This document shows positions 47,551 through 57,235 of a stretch of 64,000 bases of DNA, one piece after another. This DNA comes from an uncultured Gammaproteobacteria bacterium (lineage in GTDB: Bacteria; Patescibacteriota; Microgenomatia; UBA10105; UBA927), in the NCBI GenBank assembly GCA_964588145.1, contig CAZPNL010000002.1, forward strand, positions 4,014-68,013, given 5' to 3'. The position numbers and the translations under genes were made by a program. The notes beneath the pieces are model-generated. The model saw only the letters and a list, made by a program, of their open reading frames with translations, searched no databases and was not told the DNA's origin. Each line of letters begins with the position of its first letter. Within the stretch, counting starts at the first letter, position 1.

Positions 47551-47880
47551 ATGGTAAAAAAAATTATTGTATTACTTATTATTTTTTCACTACCGTTTAT
47601 AGGGTTTTATATTTGGAAAAACTTTGTCTATCAAATTACGGAAATGGATGCAATTACAGCCATAGAAAAAGTAAGCGAAGTGCAGCAATGGAGAAAGCTC
47701 ATCTCAGCTGGGGTTGGAGGAAGTGGTGTCGGACAAAAAGGATCTCCACATATAGACGTGGAATCATCAGACGTACATTTCTTTTTTATACACACCTACG
47801 AATTGCGTGGTGGACACACTATGACATTTCACAGATATAAAGTTTCTAAAAAAAATTCAGAAGTGACGAAGATACAATAA
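47551..47880 (+). CDS. Hypothetical small protein with N-terminal TM/signal anchor
   Basis: About 109 aa from ATG 47551 (the track start at 47542 is a TTG). Begins 'MVKKIIVLLIIFSLPFIGFYIW'. Confidence 0.4.
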   Translation: MVKKIIVLLIIFSLPFIGFYIWKNFVYQITEMDAITAIEKVSEVQQWRKLISAGVGGSGVGQKGSPHIDVESSDVHFFFIHTYELRGGHTMTFHRYKVSKKNSEVTKIQ

Positions 47881-48251
47881 TCATAAGCATTATCGACTCA
47901 TTTCTGCCTCAAATAAGAGAATGGGACTCGCATTAAAAAGGAAATTACTAGTAAATGCAAGGTAATTTTCGTGTAGGAATTCTCGTGCACAACAGCTTTC
48001 GCAGCACCATGCCATAGGAATTATCTCCAAATGACCAGAGGCATTTTGAGTGAAAAAACCTATAAGAGATTCATTAATTTCGGCTAATCAAATTGGTAGT
48101 CCAGCTTTAGCACAAATCGCATGGTTGTAATTACATTTACAGTGCATGTATTTGAGAGTATTGACGATCATAATGCCACATTTAATTAGTATGCGGTCTA
48201 CAAAAGGGCCGGAAATGTCGTGATGATGTTTTAAAATATTATATTTTCAAC

Positions 48252-48294
48252 CCCACACCGGAGGTGGGATAGCCTCGCCACGTCGGGAGTTTTT
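48252..48294 (+). terminator. Two short GC-rich hairpins followed by a T5 run (weak intrinsic-terminator-like)
   Basis: CCCAC(48252-56)/GTGGG(48264-68) with a 7-nt loop. Then CTCGC(48274-78)/GGGAG(48285-89), a 5-position stem with one G-G mismatch, followed by TTTTT (48290-94). The surrounding spacer is otherwise AT-rich. Confidence 0.25.
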
Positions 48295-48375
48295 AAATTT
48301 TTCAAGCACAAATTGCGTGGGAGTTTCTCAAGTTAAGTAAAAATCTTGCCAGTCCAAGTGTCGTATAATACGATC

Positions 48376-48972
48376 ATGACAATTGGGATAGACATTAGCC
48401 AAATCGTCTACGAAGGCAGCGGTGTAGCCACATATGTCCGTCGTATGGTTGAAAACCTCGTATCAGCTGACAAAATGAACTCATATGTGCTTTTTGGAGG
48501 ATCCTTACGGCAGCAGAGAGTGCTTAAAAAGTTTGTACATGAGACCCAGAAGGTGAATTCTACCGTTCGGGCAGTAATCGTTCCTTTATCTCCTCTTGTG
48601 CTTCATCTTTTGTGGAATAGGCTTCATGCCGTGCCAATTGAGTGGTTCATAGGAGATATTGATGTCTTTTGGAGTAGTGACTGGGCACAGCCTCCTGCAT
48701 TGAAGGCAAAACTCGTCACCACAGTACATGACATAATTGCACTCAAATATCCTCAGGAAACGCATAGTATAACTCAAGTTGAAGTATCCAAAAAACAAGT
48801 CAAAGCAAACATTGTAGCAGTGCATAAACTCAGGCTCGCATGGGTCAAAAAGACCTGTGAAAAGGTATTTTGCGATAGCATTGCTACTAAAAATGATCTG
48901 ATACAATATCTTGGATTTGAAGAGAAACAATTGGACGTAGTGTATCCAGGTGGAGGCGAGGACAAAAAGTAA
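48376..48972 (+). CDS. Truncated GT4: N-terminal (acceptor-side) domain only, possible gene remnant
   Basis: 198 aa from ATG 48376. Begins 'MTIGIDISQIVYEGSGVATYVRRMVENL' and contains 'VTTVHDIIALKYP'. It ends at 'VVYPGGGEDKK*', exactly where intact GT4s in this window continue into the E-x7-E domain. Confidence 0.55.
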   Translation: MTIGIDISQIVYEGSGVATYVRRMVENLVSADKMNSYVLFGGSLRQQRVLKKFVHETQKVNSTVRAVIVPLSPLVLHLLWNRLHAVPIEWFIGDIDVFWSSDWAQPPALKAKLVTTVHDIIALKYPQETHSITQVEVSKKQVKANIVAVHKLRLAWVKKTCEKVFCDSIATKNDLIQYLGFEEKQLDVVYPGGGEDKK

Positions 48973-49037
48973 AGGTGAAAAGGGAAAGGGAATGATGTTT
49001 ACATTTACCATTTTCCATTTGCCATTTAAAATGTTCT

Positions 49038-50180
49038 ATGATTATCGCAATTGACGGTTATGAAGCAAATGTAGATCACCCAGTAGGGATAGGTCGGTTT
49101 GCACACGAAATCATCTGTGGTCTCCATGCATTGACTCAAAAGCGCACGGATATAGAAGTTCGTGTATATTTGCCAGAAACAGCCAAAAAATCTCTACCTG
49201 AATCAAATGTGTACTGGAATTATTATGTCCGTAGCCCCAAAAAATTATGGACCTTTGCAGGGCTACCCAAGGCGCTTTGGCTTGATAGACCTTTTGCAGA
49301 TGTGGTGTTCTCCCCAACCCACTATATACCTCGGTTTGTAACAATTCCTCGAGTTTGCTCTATTATGGATTTGTCATATCTCAATTATCCAGAATTATTT
49401 AAACAAGAAGATCTCTACAAACTTGTGAAGTGGACAGCATTTAGTGCCAGGCATGCTAAAAAAATCATTACAATCAGTGATTTTACGCGCTCTGCTATAA
49501 TTAATGAGTATAAAAAAAGCATTTCAGCAGTACCTATAGTGTATCCCGGATTTACCCCTATGAAGAACGCAAACCACGTATCTATAGCCTCACTTACTGA
49601 AAAATTTGGTATTACGAAAAGCTTCGTTCTCTCCGTAGGTACCCTTCAGCCACGTAAAAATTATGTACGTCTCATCGAGGCATTTAGCGGAATTCTCAAA
49701 GAGCAGGAGAAAATATTTCCAAACCTTGAACTTGTGATTGTGGGTAAAAAGGGTTGGCTCTATGAAGACATACTAACAGCACCACAAAAATTTGGAGTTG
49801 AAAACCAGGTAAAATTTTTAGAGTTTGTCAGCGATGAGGAGCTTATAACTCTTTATAAACATGCACTATGCTTGGTAATCCCAAGTTTATATGAAGGATT
49901 TGGATTACCTGTGCTAGAAGCCATGACACATGGGTGTAGTGTTGTGGTAAGCAATGTTTCGAGTCTGCCAGAGGTTGCGGGGGAAGCTGGAATATATATA
50001 GAGCCTACAGATGTCACAAGTATTGCAAACGGGTTAGTCCAAGCACTCAAAGAGCGAGGATCAGCTTCTGAAATAAAACGAGTGCAGACGGGACTTGCTC
50101 ATGCAGCTACATTTACTTGGGAAAAAGCCTCCGCTCAAGTTTTGGATATTCTAGAGTCTGTGGCAAAGGAGAACACATGA
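49038..50180 (+). CDS. Glycosyltransferase family 4
   Basis: 380 aa. '[11 protein letters not shown]...GIGRF' and '[32 protein letters not shown]'. Confidence 0.85.
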   Translation: MIIAIDGYEANVDHPVGIGRFAHEIICGLHALTQKRTDIEVRVYLPETAKKSLPESNVYWNYYVRSPKKLWTFAGLPKALWLDRPFADVVFSPTHYIPRFVTIPRVCSIMDLSYLNYPELFKQEDLYKLVKWTAFSARHAKKIITISDFTRSAIINEYKKSISAVPIVYPGFTPMKNANHVSIASLTEKFGITKSFVLSVGTLQPRKNYVRLIEAFSGILKEQEKIFPNLELVIVGKKGWLYEDILTAPQKFGVENQVKFLEFVSDEELITLYKHALCLVIPSLYEGFGLPVLEAMTHGCSVVVSNVSSLPEVAGEAGIYIEPTDVTSIANGLVQALKERGSASEIKRVQTGLAHAATFTWEKASAQVLDILESVAKENT

Positions 50181-50776
50181 GAACACTTATCGATTTTTGG
50201 GTATTTTTATCAACCCTGACCGGGCTTATCCCCAGTCACACCATCAGATTGCTCCTATACAAGTATGTATTTCGTGTGCAGATAGGAAAAGACAGTTCCA
50301 TCCATTGGCTGTGCCGTTTTAACAAGCCCTCTGGTGTAACCATAGGCCACAATACCATCATAGGCAATGATGCCTTTCTGGACGGAAGATCGAAAACTGT
50401 GTGGGAGACAGGTCAAAATAAGCTTGTAGGGTATATGAAAAATTTTCTCAGTCCCTCAGTCCGTCCGCTTCAGATAGGAAATAATGTATCTATAGCAGGA
50501 GACGTGCGCATATTTACTATGGAGCATAATATCAATGACGCGCAGTTTGCTGAAAGAGAAGGGCCAGTCATAATCGAAGATTATGTCGTTATCGGAACTA
50601 GGGTCACGATCTTGCCAGGAGTGCGGATCGGAAAGGGTGCAGTCGTGGCAAGTGGAGCTGTCGTGACAAAGGATGTGGCACCCTATACCATCGTAGGTGG
50701 AGTACCAGCCAAGCCTATATCAGAACGCACCAAACATCTCCAGTACACCCTCAAATTTCGCCGAAAATTTCAATAA
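50177..50776 (+). CDS. Hexapeptide-repeat (left-handed beta-helix) O-acetyltransferase
   Basis: Start at ATG 50177 (ATGA overlap). '[15 protein letters not shown]', '[15 protein letters not shown]' and '[49 protein letters not shown]'. Confidence 0.8.
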   Translation: MRTLIDFWVFLSTLTGLIPSHTIRLLLYKYVFRVQIGKDSSIHWLCRFNKPSGVTIGHNTIIGNDAFLDGRSKTVWETGQNKLVGYMKNFLSPSVRPLQIGNNVSIAGDVRIFTMEHNINDAQFAEREGPVIIEDYVVIGTRVTILPGVRIGKGAVVASGAVVTKDVAPYTIVGGVPAKPISERTKHLQYTLKFRRKFQ

Positions 50777-50784
50777 GTCGACGT

Positions 50785-51651
50785 ATGGATCTATCGATCA
50801 TCATTCCCAGTTTTAATACCAAAAAACTCCTATCTACATGTTTGGACACGGTCATAAAAAGCTTTAATAATTCAGATATGTCCTATGAAATTATTGTGGT
50901 GGACAATGGTTCGACAGATGGAACGAAAGAACAAATAGAAAAGGATTTCAAAAGAGTAATAAAATTGTTCAATAAGTCCAATGTAGGGTATGGAGCTTCA
51001 AATAATTTAGGTCTAAAAAAGGCAAAAGGCGAGTATATATTGCTCTTAAACTCAGATACAGAAATAGTAGGAAATGCCCTCGAGGTGTTATATTGTGAGG
51101 CCAAATCTCATCCAAAAACATTTGTTGGTGCCAAATTATTTAATTCTGATACAACCCCGCAAGCTTCTGCTGGACCAGAATACAATCTATGGACTGTGTT
51201 TCTCATGCTTTTTTGCAAAGGAGACCATATGGGGTGGACGCGAAGCTCTCCGGGCAGCTCCTGTGGGGTAGACTGGGTGTCAGGCGCCTGTATGCTGGGC
51301 AAACGCGCTGATTTTGAGGCTGTGGGTGGGTTTGACGAGGATATATTTATGTACATGGATGAGATGGATTTTCTCTTTCGGGCTAGAAGTATGGGCTATA
51401 AAGTCAGGTTTGTTTCAGAAGCCCATGTTGTACACGTAGGGGCAGCCAGTAGTGGGTCGCGCAAAGATCCTGTCGGTCAAATATTTCGTGGACTCGCCTA
51501 TTATTACAGAAAGCATTATAATAAGAGGTCACAAATCATCCTAGGCTTTCTTTTGCGCCTAAAAGCAAAAATTGCAATTCTAGTAGGAAAGCTATCGGGG
51601 AGATCTGAGCTTGTCCAAACATATGAACACGCTATACGCCTGGCTTCGTAA
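50785..51651 (+). CDS. Glycosyltransferase family 2
   Basis: 288 aa. 'LSIIIPSFNTKKLL', 'IIVVDNGSTDGT', 'LLLNSDTEI' and 'FMYMDEMDFLFRARSMGYKV'. Confidence 0.85.
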   Translation: MDLSIIIPSFNTKKLLSTCLDTVIKSFNNSDMSYEIIVVDNGSTDGTKEQIEKDFKRVIKLFNKSNVGYGASNNLGLKKAKGEYILLLNSDTEIVGNALEVLYCEAKSHPKTFVGAKLFNSDTTPQASAGPEYNLWTVFLMLFCKGDHMGWTRSSPGSSCGVDWVSGACMLGKRADFEAVGGFDEDIFMYMDEMDFLFRARSMGYKVRFVSEAHVVHVGAASSGSRKDPVGQIFRGLAYYYRKHYNKRSQIILGFLLRLKAKIAILVGKLSGRSELVQTYEHAIRLAS

Positions 51652-54607
51652 ACATATTTACGTCCTCTTTACGCTTTTCCTGCTTGTATTTATCCCACTC
51701 TACCCCAAGCTGCCGCTCATTGACGTCCAACAGACATGGGTCTACATCAGGATTGAGGATTTCCTCGTTGCCGTAGTGGCGTTGTTGGTGAGTATAAAGG
51801 TATATAAGCAAAGAGACAGTATCAACTCATATATCACAAAGCCCATCATCATCTATTGGTTTATAGGCGCACTATCTGTCGTAGTTTCTATAGTCTTTAT
51901 AGGGCCAAAACTCATAAGTTATCATCCTTCGCTTGTACTGCTGCATTTTGGGAGACGAATTGAGTACATGATGCTGTTTTTTTTGGGGCTACTGGCCGTA
52001 CGTAGTAAAGTGTTTTCATTAAAAACCTTCTTGATAGTCCTCGTAGGATCAATACTGGCAGTTGTGTTATATGGTGTGGGTCAAAAGTATGCAGGATTCC
52101 CGGCGTTTCTGACTATGAATGAGGAGTTCGCCAAAGGAGTCCCTCTGCGTCTCCCGCCTACAGCACGGATTGCATCCACCTTTGCAGGCCATTATGATCT
52201 GGCTGCATATCTGGTGCTTATGCTCCCTATATTGGGAAGCTTGGCATTGGGAGTCAAAAATATATGGACGAAACTCCTATTGTTACTGGTTGGGATGTGT
52301 TCGCTTGCTATTCTTCTATTTACTGCCTCCCGCGTGTCCTTTGGTGTATATCTCGTATCGATATCTGTGATGCTCTGGTGGAGCAAAAAGAAATGGCTCA
52401 TCCCTATTGTTGTAGTTGGAAGTATCATCCTGATGCAGTCAGTGAGCGGAGCCTCTGAGCGATTTACCAAAACGCTACGGGTAAGCGAGGTAATAGTCGA
52501 TATGTCTACTGGCAAACCTATAGGTACTTTAGAAAAGAGGACTGACGGCTCTGTGGTTGTGGAAAATCAGGAGCGCCCCGATGAAGAAACGCTCCCAAAA
52601 GGGAGTGGGTTTATCAATGTGCCATCCACCCAGCAGGACTCCTCCGTTGGGACGATTTCCTATTACAAAAGCAAGCCACTCTCTGAGGGGAGGGGTGAGA
52701 TTGCGACAATCTCTGGCAGCTTTCTCATCGAAAAAGCCCTAGTCTACGACATATCGCTCACGACCAGATTTCAAGGTCAGTGGCCAAAAGCTCTTGAAGC
52801 ATTTAGGCGAAATATTCTATTGGGGAGTGGGTATTCGACGCTCAATTTGGCCGTCGACGGATGGTATATGCGACTATTGGGTGAAACAGGGCTACTTGGG
52901 GCGATTGGGTACCTGGGAATACTTAGTTACGGTGTATACGGCTTTTTTGTCCTCAAGCCAAAGCTGGGACGTGTAGAAACAGCCTTAGTCATTGGGTATT
53001 TTTCAGGTCTTATAGGTTTACTATTAAATGCTATTCTCATTGATGTCTTTGAGGCATCCAAGCTCGCATTTGTATTTTGGTTGCTCACAGGGGTTGTGGT
53101 GGGTATTATGACGCCACATTTGGAACTGAAGCACAATTACGTGGGCTTTCTCTGGGCAAGTCTCACCCACAAAATTTCGCTCAGTTTATATTTACTCATC
53201 GCAGTTTTTGTCTGGTTTGGCGGGGGCGTAGGGACGTACTTTGTAGGTGATGATTTCACCTGGCTACGGTGGGCTACCAATGCGCATAACAGTGAATTTT
53301 TAGGGTATTTTACACAGGCTGATGGATTTTTCTATCGGCCAATACCAAAAATAGCCTACGCACTGCTCTATACCATCTTTTGGCTCTCCGCCATGGGCTA
53401 TCACGTGGTATCATTTTTGCTCTTTGGCACCTGTGCCATACTTATTTATAGTATTGCGAAAAAACTTCGGGTCAGTACCTTTGTGAGCTTCATGATCGCA
53501 CTCTGGTTTACGACCTTATCTATTCATCATGAAAATGTGTTTTGGATATCAGGGCTTAGTAGTCTTATGGCCACAGTCTTTAGTCTTGGAGCCATACGAG
53601 TAGCACTAGCACAACACGAACAACATGGTTTCAAAAACTGGCTTAGTATTGGGCTGGGCATCAAACTGCTTGCCTTAGCAATCTCTAGTTATGAACCCGT
53701 GCTGCCAATAATATTTATATACATAGCCATACTCCGCTATTACAAAAAAGTATTTCGTGTAGAGCAGCTCATCCCTCTCCTGCTGTTAGGTGGGTATTGG
53801 TACCTACGCACTATGAGTGGGGCTGTAGGTGCTACTGGGGATTACGGCTTTAAGACCAGTACCTTTATCGTCAATAGTATTGCAAATGTATTAGCGTATC
53901 TCACCTCAATATTTGTAGGGCCACAAGCCATAGATTGGTGGACACATCAGCGTGAAGCGCTTCGAGGTTCAATGGCGCTTGTGGCTGGGGTAAGTACAGT
54001 CATGGGGATAGTGTTTGTAGCTGTAGTATATAAAACGAAAAGCGTTCTACTCAAAAATCATGAAGTGCTTCTTTGGATCCTTATCACACTCATGAGTTTT
54101 GTGCCCGTCATGGGTCTTGGGGCAGCCACAGACAGATATGCACTGTTTCCATCGGCATGTTTGGCCATAGTGTTTGCTATAGTTCTGAGAACATTTTGGG
54201 CACAAGGGAAACGTATACTAACTATAGTATTACTTGGAATTCTTGGGGGTACGATGATTACAAATGTAGGTGAAGTTACCAGGTTAGGAAATGACTGGAA
54301 ATTTGCAGGAAATATTACTGAGCAGACGCTGCTGCGGGTAAAAACAGAATTTAAAACAGTTGATGTACCCAAGAAATTTCTATTTGTAAATACTCCTATT
54401 CGATATGGCCGTGCCTGGGTGTTTCCAACAGGATTGACCGATGCATTTTGGCATGTATACCGTCTGAGTCCATTTCCCGTTACCATTTATCAGTTTCCAA
54501 CTCTTAAGGAGGCATTTGCATTTGCACAAGTGTACCGAGAAGTTTTTATTTTTGAGAATTTTGAAATAAAAAGAGCGTTTGAAGAGCAGATGCCCGCACA
54601 ACCATAA
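51623..54607 (+). CDS. Fusion membrane protein: O-antigen ligase/polymerase (Wzy_C)-like N-terminal half plus TMTC/DUF1736-like (GT-C-like) C-terminal half
   Basis: About 994 aa from ATG 51623. N-terminal half: 'LLFTASRVSFGVYLVSISVMLWW', a hydrophilic loop of about 130 aa, then 'FRRNILLGSGYSTLNLAVDGWYMRLLGETGLLG'. C-terminal half: 'VGDDFTWLRW...DGFFYRPIPKIAYALLYTIF...HVVSFLLFGTCAILIYSI...LSIHHENVFWISGLSS'. Confidence 0.65.
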   Translation: MNTLYAWLRKHIYVLFTLFLLVFIPLYPKLPLIDVQQTWVYIRIEDFLVAVVALLVSIKVYKQRDSINSYITKPIIIYWFIGALSVVVSIVFIGPKLISYHPSLVLLHFGRRIEYMMLFFLGLLAVRSKVFSLKTFLIVLVGSILAVVLYGVGQKYAGFPAFLTMNEEFAKGVPLRLPPTARIASTFAGHYDLAAYLVLMLPILGSLALGVKNIWTKLLLLLVGMCSLAILLFTASRVSFGVYLVSISVMLWWSKKKWLIPIVVVGSIILMQSVSGASERFTKTLRVSEVIVDMSTGKPIGTLEKRTDGSVVVENQERPDEETLPKGSGFINVPSTQQDSSVGTISYYKSKPLSEGRGEIATISGSFLIEKALVYDISLTTRFQGQWPKALEAFRRNILLGSGYSTLNLAVDGWYMRLLGETGLLGAIGYLGILSYGVYGFFVLKPKLGRVETALVIGYFSGLIGLLLNAILIDVFEASKLAFVFWLLTGVVVGIMTPHLELKHNYVGFLWASLTHKISLSLYLLIAVFVWFGGGVGTYFVGDDFTWLRWATNAHNSEFLGYFTQADGFFYRPIPKIAYALLYTIFWLSAMGYHVVSFLLFGTCAILIYSIAKKLRVSTFVSFMIALWFTTLSIHHENVFWISGLSSLMATVFSLGAIRVALAQHEQHGFKNWLSIGLGIKLLALAISSYEPVLPIIFIYIAILRYYKKVFRVEQLIPLLLLGGYWYLRTMSGAVGATGDYGFKTSTFIVNSIANVLAYLTSIFVGPQAIDWWTHQREALRGSMALVAGVSTVMGIVFVAVVYKTKSVLLKNHEVLLWILITLMSFVPVMGLGAATDRYALFPSACLAIVFAIVLRTFWAQGKRILTIVLLGILGGTMITNVGEVTRLGNDWKFAGNITEQTLLRVKTEFKTVDVPKKFLFVNTPIRYGRAWVFPTGLTDAFWHVYRLSPFPVTIYQFPTLKEAFAFAQVYREVFIFENFEIKRAFEEQMPAQP

Positions 54608-54612
54608 ACAAT

Positions 54613-56049
54613 ATGGTACAAAAAAAATTTGAAATTGTAAGTATCATCCTAATTTTAGTGCTTCTATTGGGTGTGCGCCTGTACAAAATCCAAAACCCCA
54701 TCGGTGAGTGGCATAGCTGGAGACAAGCTGACACCGCTGCAGTCGCTAGGCACTTTGTGACAGATGGCATAACCATGATGCATCCTCGGTATGACGATCT
54801 GTCAAATATCCAGTCTGGGAAGGACAACCCAAGCGGTTGGCGTATGGTGGAGTTTCCGCTCTATCAGGCTATGGCTGCAGTTCCTGCGAGACTCATCCCG
54901 CAGATGTCAGTTGAAGTATGGTTGCGACTCGTGTCTATCTTGGCAAGTGCCATCAGTTGTCTGTGTCTGATACTCATCTTGAAAAAACTTGCAGGTGACT
55001 TGACTGGTATATTTGCAGGAGCATATTTCGCTATCCTGCCATACTCGGTGTTTTACGGCAGAGCTATACTCCCTGAGAGTCTTGCAGTATCTTTTGCTAT
55101 GGTCAGTCTATTCCTGCTAATTTATAAAAAATCGTGGGTGTTTTTGCTGCTGGCAGCTGTGTGTGCAGCCATGTCGCTTCTGGTAAAGCCCACCGCAGGC
55201 TTTTTGCTAGTTCCCGGCACATACGTACTGATCAAGAATTACAACATTTCTATCAAAGGTGCAATTGCAGCAGTGATATTTTGTGCCATTACTCTTGTGC
55301 CATTTGTCCTCTGGCGTACATGGATACTCCAGTATCCTGAGGGGATTCCCGTCTATGAGTGGCTGCTCAATGCTGGAAATATACGATTTAAAGGTGCATG
55401 GTTTTACTGGCTGTTTGCCGAGAGATTAGGAAAGCTCATGCTCGGATATTGGGGAGCAGGACTACTGGTTTTGGGTGCAGCTGCGCTCAAAATGAAAAAA
55501 GAAGGCGCATTTGTGAGCCTATGGGTGCTAGGGGGACTTGCATACCTATCAATTTTTGCAGCTGGAAATGTGCAGCATGATTATTATCAAATTATACTCA
55601 TGCCAATAATTGCGGCACTTCTGGGGAAAGGGACAAGTGTGCTATTGGACGGTAGGTTGTTTGGGAGAGCTCAGTCAGTGGTTGCTCTGGGGCTTATGCT
55701 TGCATGCATTCTTGGGTTCTCATTTTATACGATTCGCACTTACTACTGGATTAATCGCCAGGACTTTATAGAAGCTGGTAAAAAAGCAGACGAAATACTG
55801 CCCAAAAATGCCAAAGTCATCGCCTCCAACAATGGTGATACGACGTTTCTATATTATATAAATCGTCAAGGGTGGCCGCTTGGGTTTGATATAGATGATA
55901 AGATCAAAAAAGGTGCGACACACTATGTGACTATCTCTCCTACGGATGCAGATGGTGAAACTATGGCACTTGCCAGCAGATTTACCGTACTTGAAAGAAA
56001 CGATACATATGCCATCATAGACTTAACCCGTCCCAAAATCGCCCAATGA
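54613..56049 (+). CDS. GT39/ArnT-like (PMT_2-type) membrane glycosyltransferase
   Basis: 478 aa. 'GEWHSWRQADTAAVARHFVTDG', 'GWRMVEFPLYQA' and about 11 TM segments, followed by a small C-terminal domain. Confidence 0.65.
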   Translation: MVQKKFEIVSIILILVLLLGVRLYKIQNPIGEWHSWRQADTAAVARHFVTDGITMMHPRYDDLSNIQSGKDNPSGWRMVEFPLYQAMAAVPARLIPQMSVEVWLRLVSILASAISCLCLILILKKLAGDLTGIFAGAYFAILPYSVFYGRAILPESLAVSFAMVSLFLLIYKKSWVFLLLAAVCAAMSLLVKPTAGFLLVPGTYVLIKNYNISIKGAIAAVIFCAITLVPFVLWRTWILQYPEGIPVYEWLLNAGNIRFKGAWFYWLFAERLGKLMLGYWGAGLLVLGAAALKMKKEGAFVSLWVLGGLAYLSIFAAGNVQHDYYQIILMPIIAALLGKGTSVLLDGRLFGRAQSVVALGLMLACILGFSFYTIRTYYWINRQDFIEAGKKADEILPKNAKVIASNNGDTTFLYYINRQGWPLGFDIDDKIKKGATHYVTISPTDADGETMALASRFTVLERNDTYAIIDLTRPKIAQ

Positions 56050-56053
56050 TGGT

Positions 56054-57235
56054 ATGAAGATTCTTTTTGTTTCAGCCCTTTATCCATATCCCCTATACTC
56101 AGGAGGACAGATCCGTGTGTACAATCTCCTTCGAGAACTGTCTAAAAAGCACGAGATCACCTTGGCTGCATTTACACGCACTTCTGAGGAAACAGGTGTA
56201 AATAACAAATTATCCTTTTGTAAAAAGGTTATCACAGCTCATCGTGGACGTGCCTGGCAACCGAAATACGTTTTAGGGTCAGTACTTGGGACGCATTCGT
56301 TTCTCGTTCAGAGTTATATCAATCCTCAAATGCGAAAACTTCTAGAAGAAGAACTAAATCACACGACTTATGATCTTATCCATCTTGAGCCCTGGTATGT
56401 GTTTGAGAGCCTTCCACCGACATCTACGCCAATAGTGTCTGTTGAACACAATATTGAATATGATGTGTACCAAAAATACGCAAATTCTTTTGCGGTGCCA
56501 CTGATGCGACCATTTTTTTATCCTGATATCTATAAAATGCGCAGGGAAGAAGAACACATATGGAAAAAGTCTCGTGCAGTTGTAGCAGTTTCATACTCAG
56601 ACAGAAAAATCATTACCAAAAAAATAGATGTAAAGCATGTTGAAATTGTACCAAATGGGGTTGCGCTAGAGAGTTTTCGGATGAGAAAGCCTATATCCTA
56701 CGATGAAAAATTAAGGTTGCTTTATGTAGGTTCTTTTCGCTGGATGCAAAACCGAGATGCTGTAGCGTTTCTCATGCGAGATATTTGGCCAAAGATTCGA
56801 GAATTTTATCCTAAGGCAAAGTTACGCATCATAGGTAAATCAGCCCCTAAGGGACTCAAGAAAACTATTGGAGAGGGTGGTGCAATACTAGATGAACATG
56901 TAGACGATATCGCTGCGGAGTATGCACAGGCACATATATTGATTGCTCCTCTTCGTGTGGGTGGCGGCACAAGTTATAAAATTCTTGAAGCCATGGCATC
57001 AGGGGTACCTGTGATCACAAGTTCCTTGGGTGCTGAGGGGTTGGAGATGCAAAGCGGGAGAGAGATTATGATTGCCAAAAACACTCAAGAGTATGTTGAT
57101 TGCTTGCAGAAAATTGTCACAGATGATGTATTCCGCATTAAGCTTACGCATACTGCTCGAAGTATAATTGAAAAATATTATGATTGGGGTTCCATTGCCT
57201 CAAAATTAGACGCGGTTTGGGCTCAAAGCGCATGA
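56054..57235 (+). CDS. Glycosyltransferase family 4
   Basis: 393 aa. 'MKILFVSALYPYPLYSGGQIRVYNLL' and 'GGGTSYKILEAMASGVPVITSSLGAEG'. Confidence 0.85.
   Translation: MKILFVSALYPYPLYSGGQIRVYNLLRELSKKHEITLAAFTRTSEETGVNNKLSFCKKVITAHRGRAWQPKYVLGSVLGTHSFLVQSYINPQMRKLLEEELNHTTYDLIHLEPWYVFESLPPTSTPIVSVEHNIEYDVYQKYANSFAVPLMRPFFYPDIYKMRREEEHIWKKSRAVVAVSYSDRKIITKKIDVKHVEIVPNGVALESFRMRKPISYDEKLRLLYVGSFRWMQNRDAVAFLMRDIWPKIREFYPKAKLRIIGKSAPKGLKKTIGEGGAILDEHVDDIAAEYAQAHILIAPLRVGGGTSYKILEAMASGVPVITSSLGAEGLEMQSGREIMIAKNTQEYVDCLQKIVTDDVFRIKLTHTARSIIEKYYDWGSIASKLDAVWAQSA

Noticed and set aside
47893-48245. The in-frame TGA in the relic frame raised the possibility of an alternative genetic code (TGA as Gly, code 25) or selenocysteine.
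   Set aside because: Many well-supported genes here terminate at TGA, including at least nine ATGA overlaps where TGA is clearly the stop. The standard code 11 therefore fits. I recognised no SECIS-like context.
48586-49011. A 141-aa minus-strand ORF spans the end of the truncated GT4 and the following spacer.
   Set aside because: It has no motifs and low-complexity F/L/C-rich content. It overlaps a frame with clear GT4 N-domain similarity, so it is probably spurious. The region is nevertheless flagged as a decay junction.
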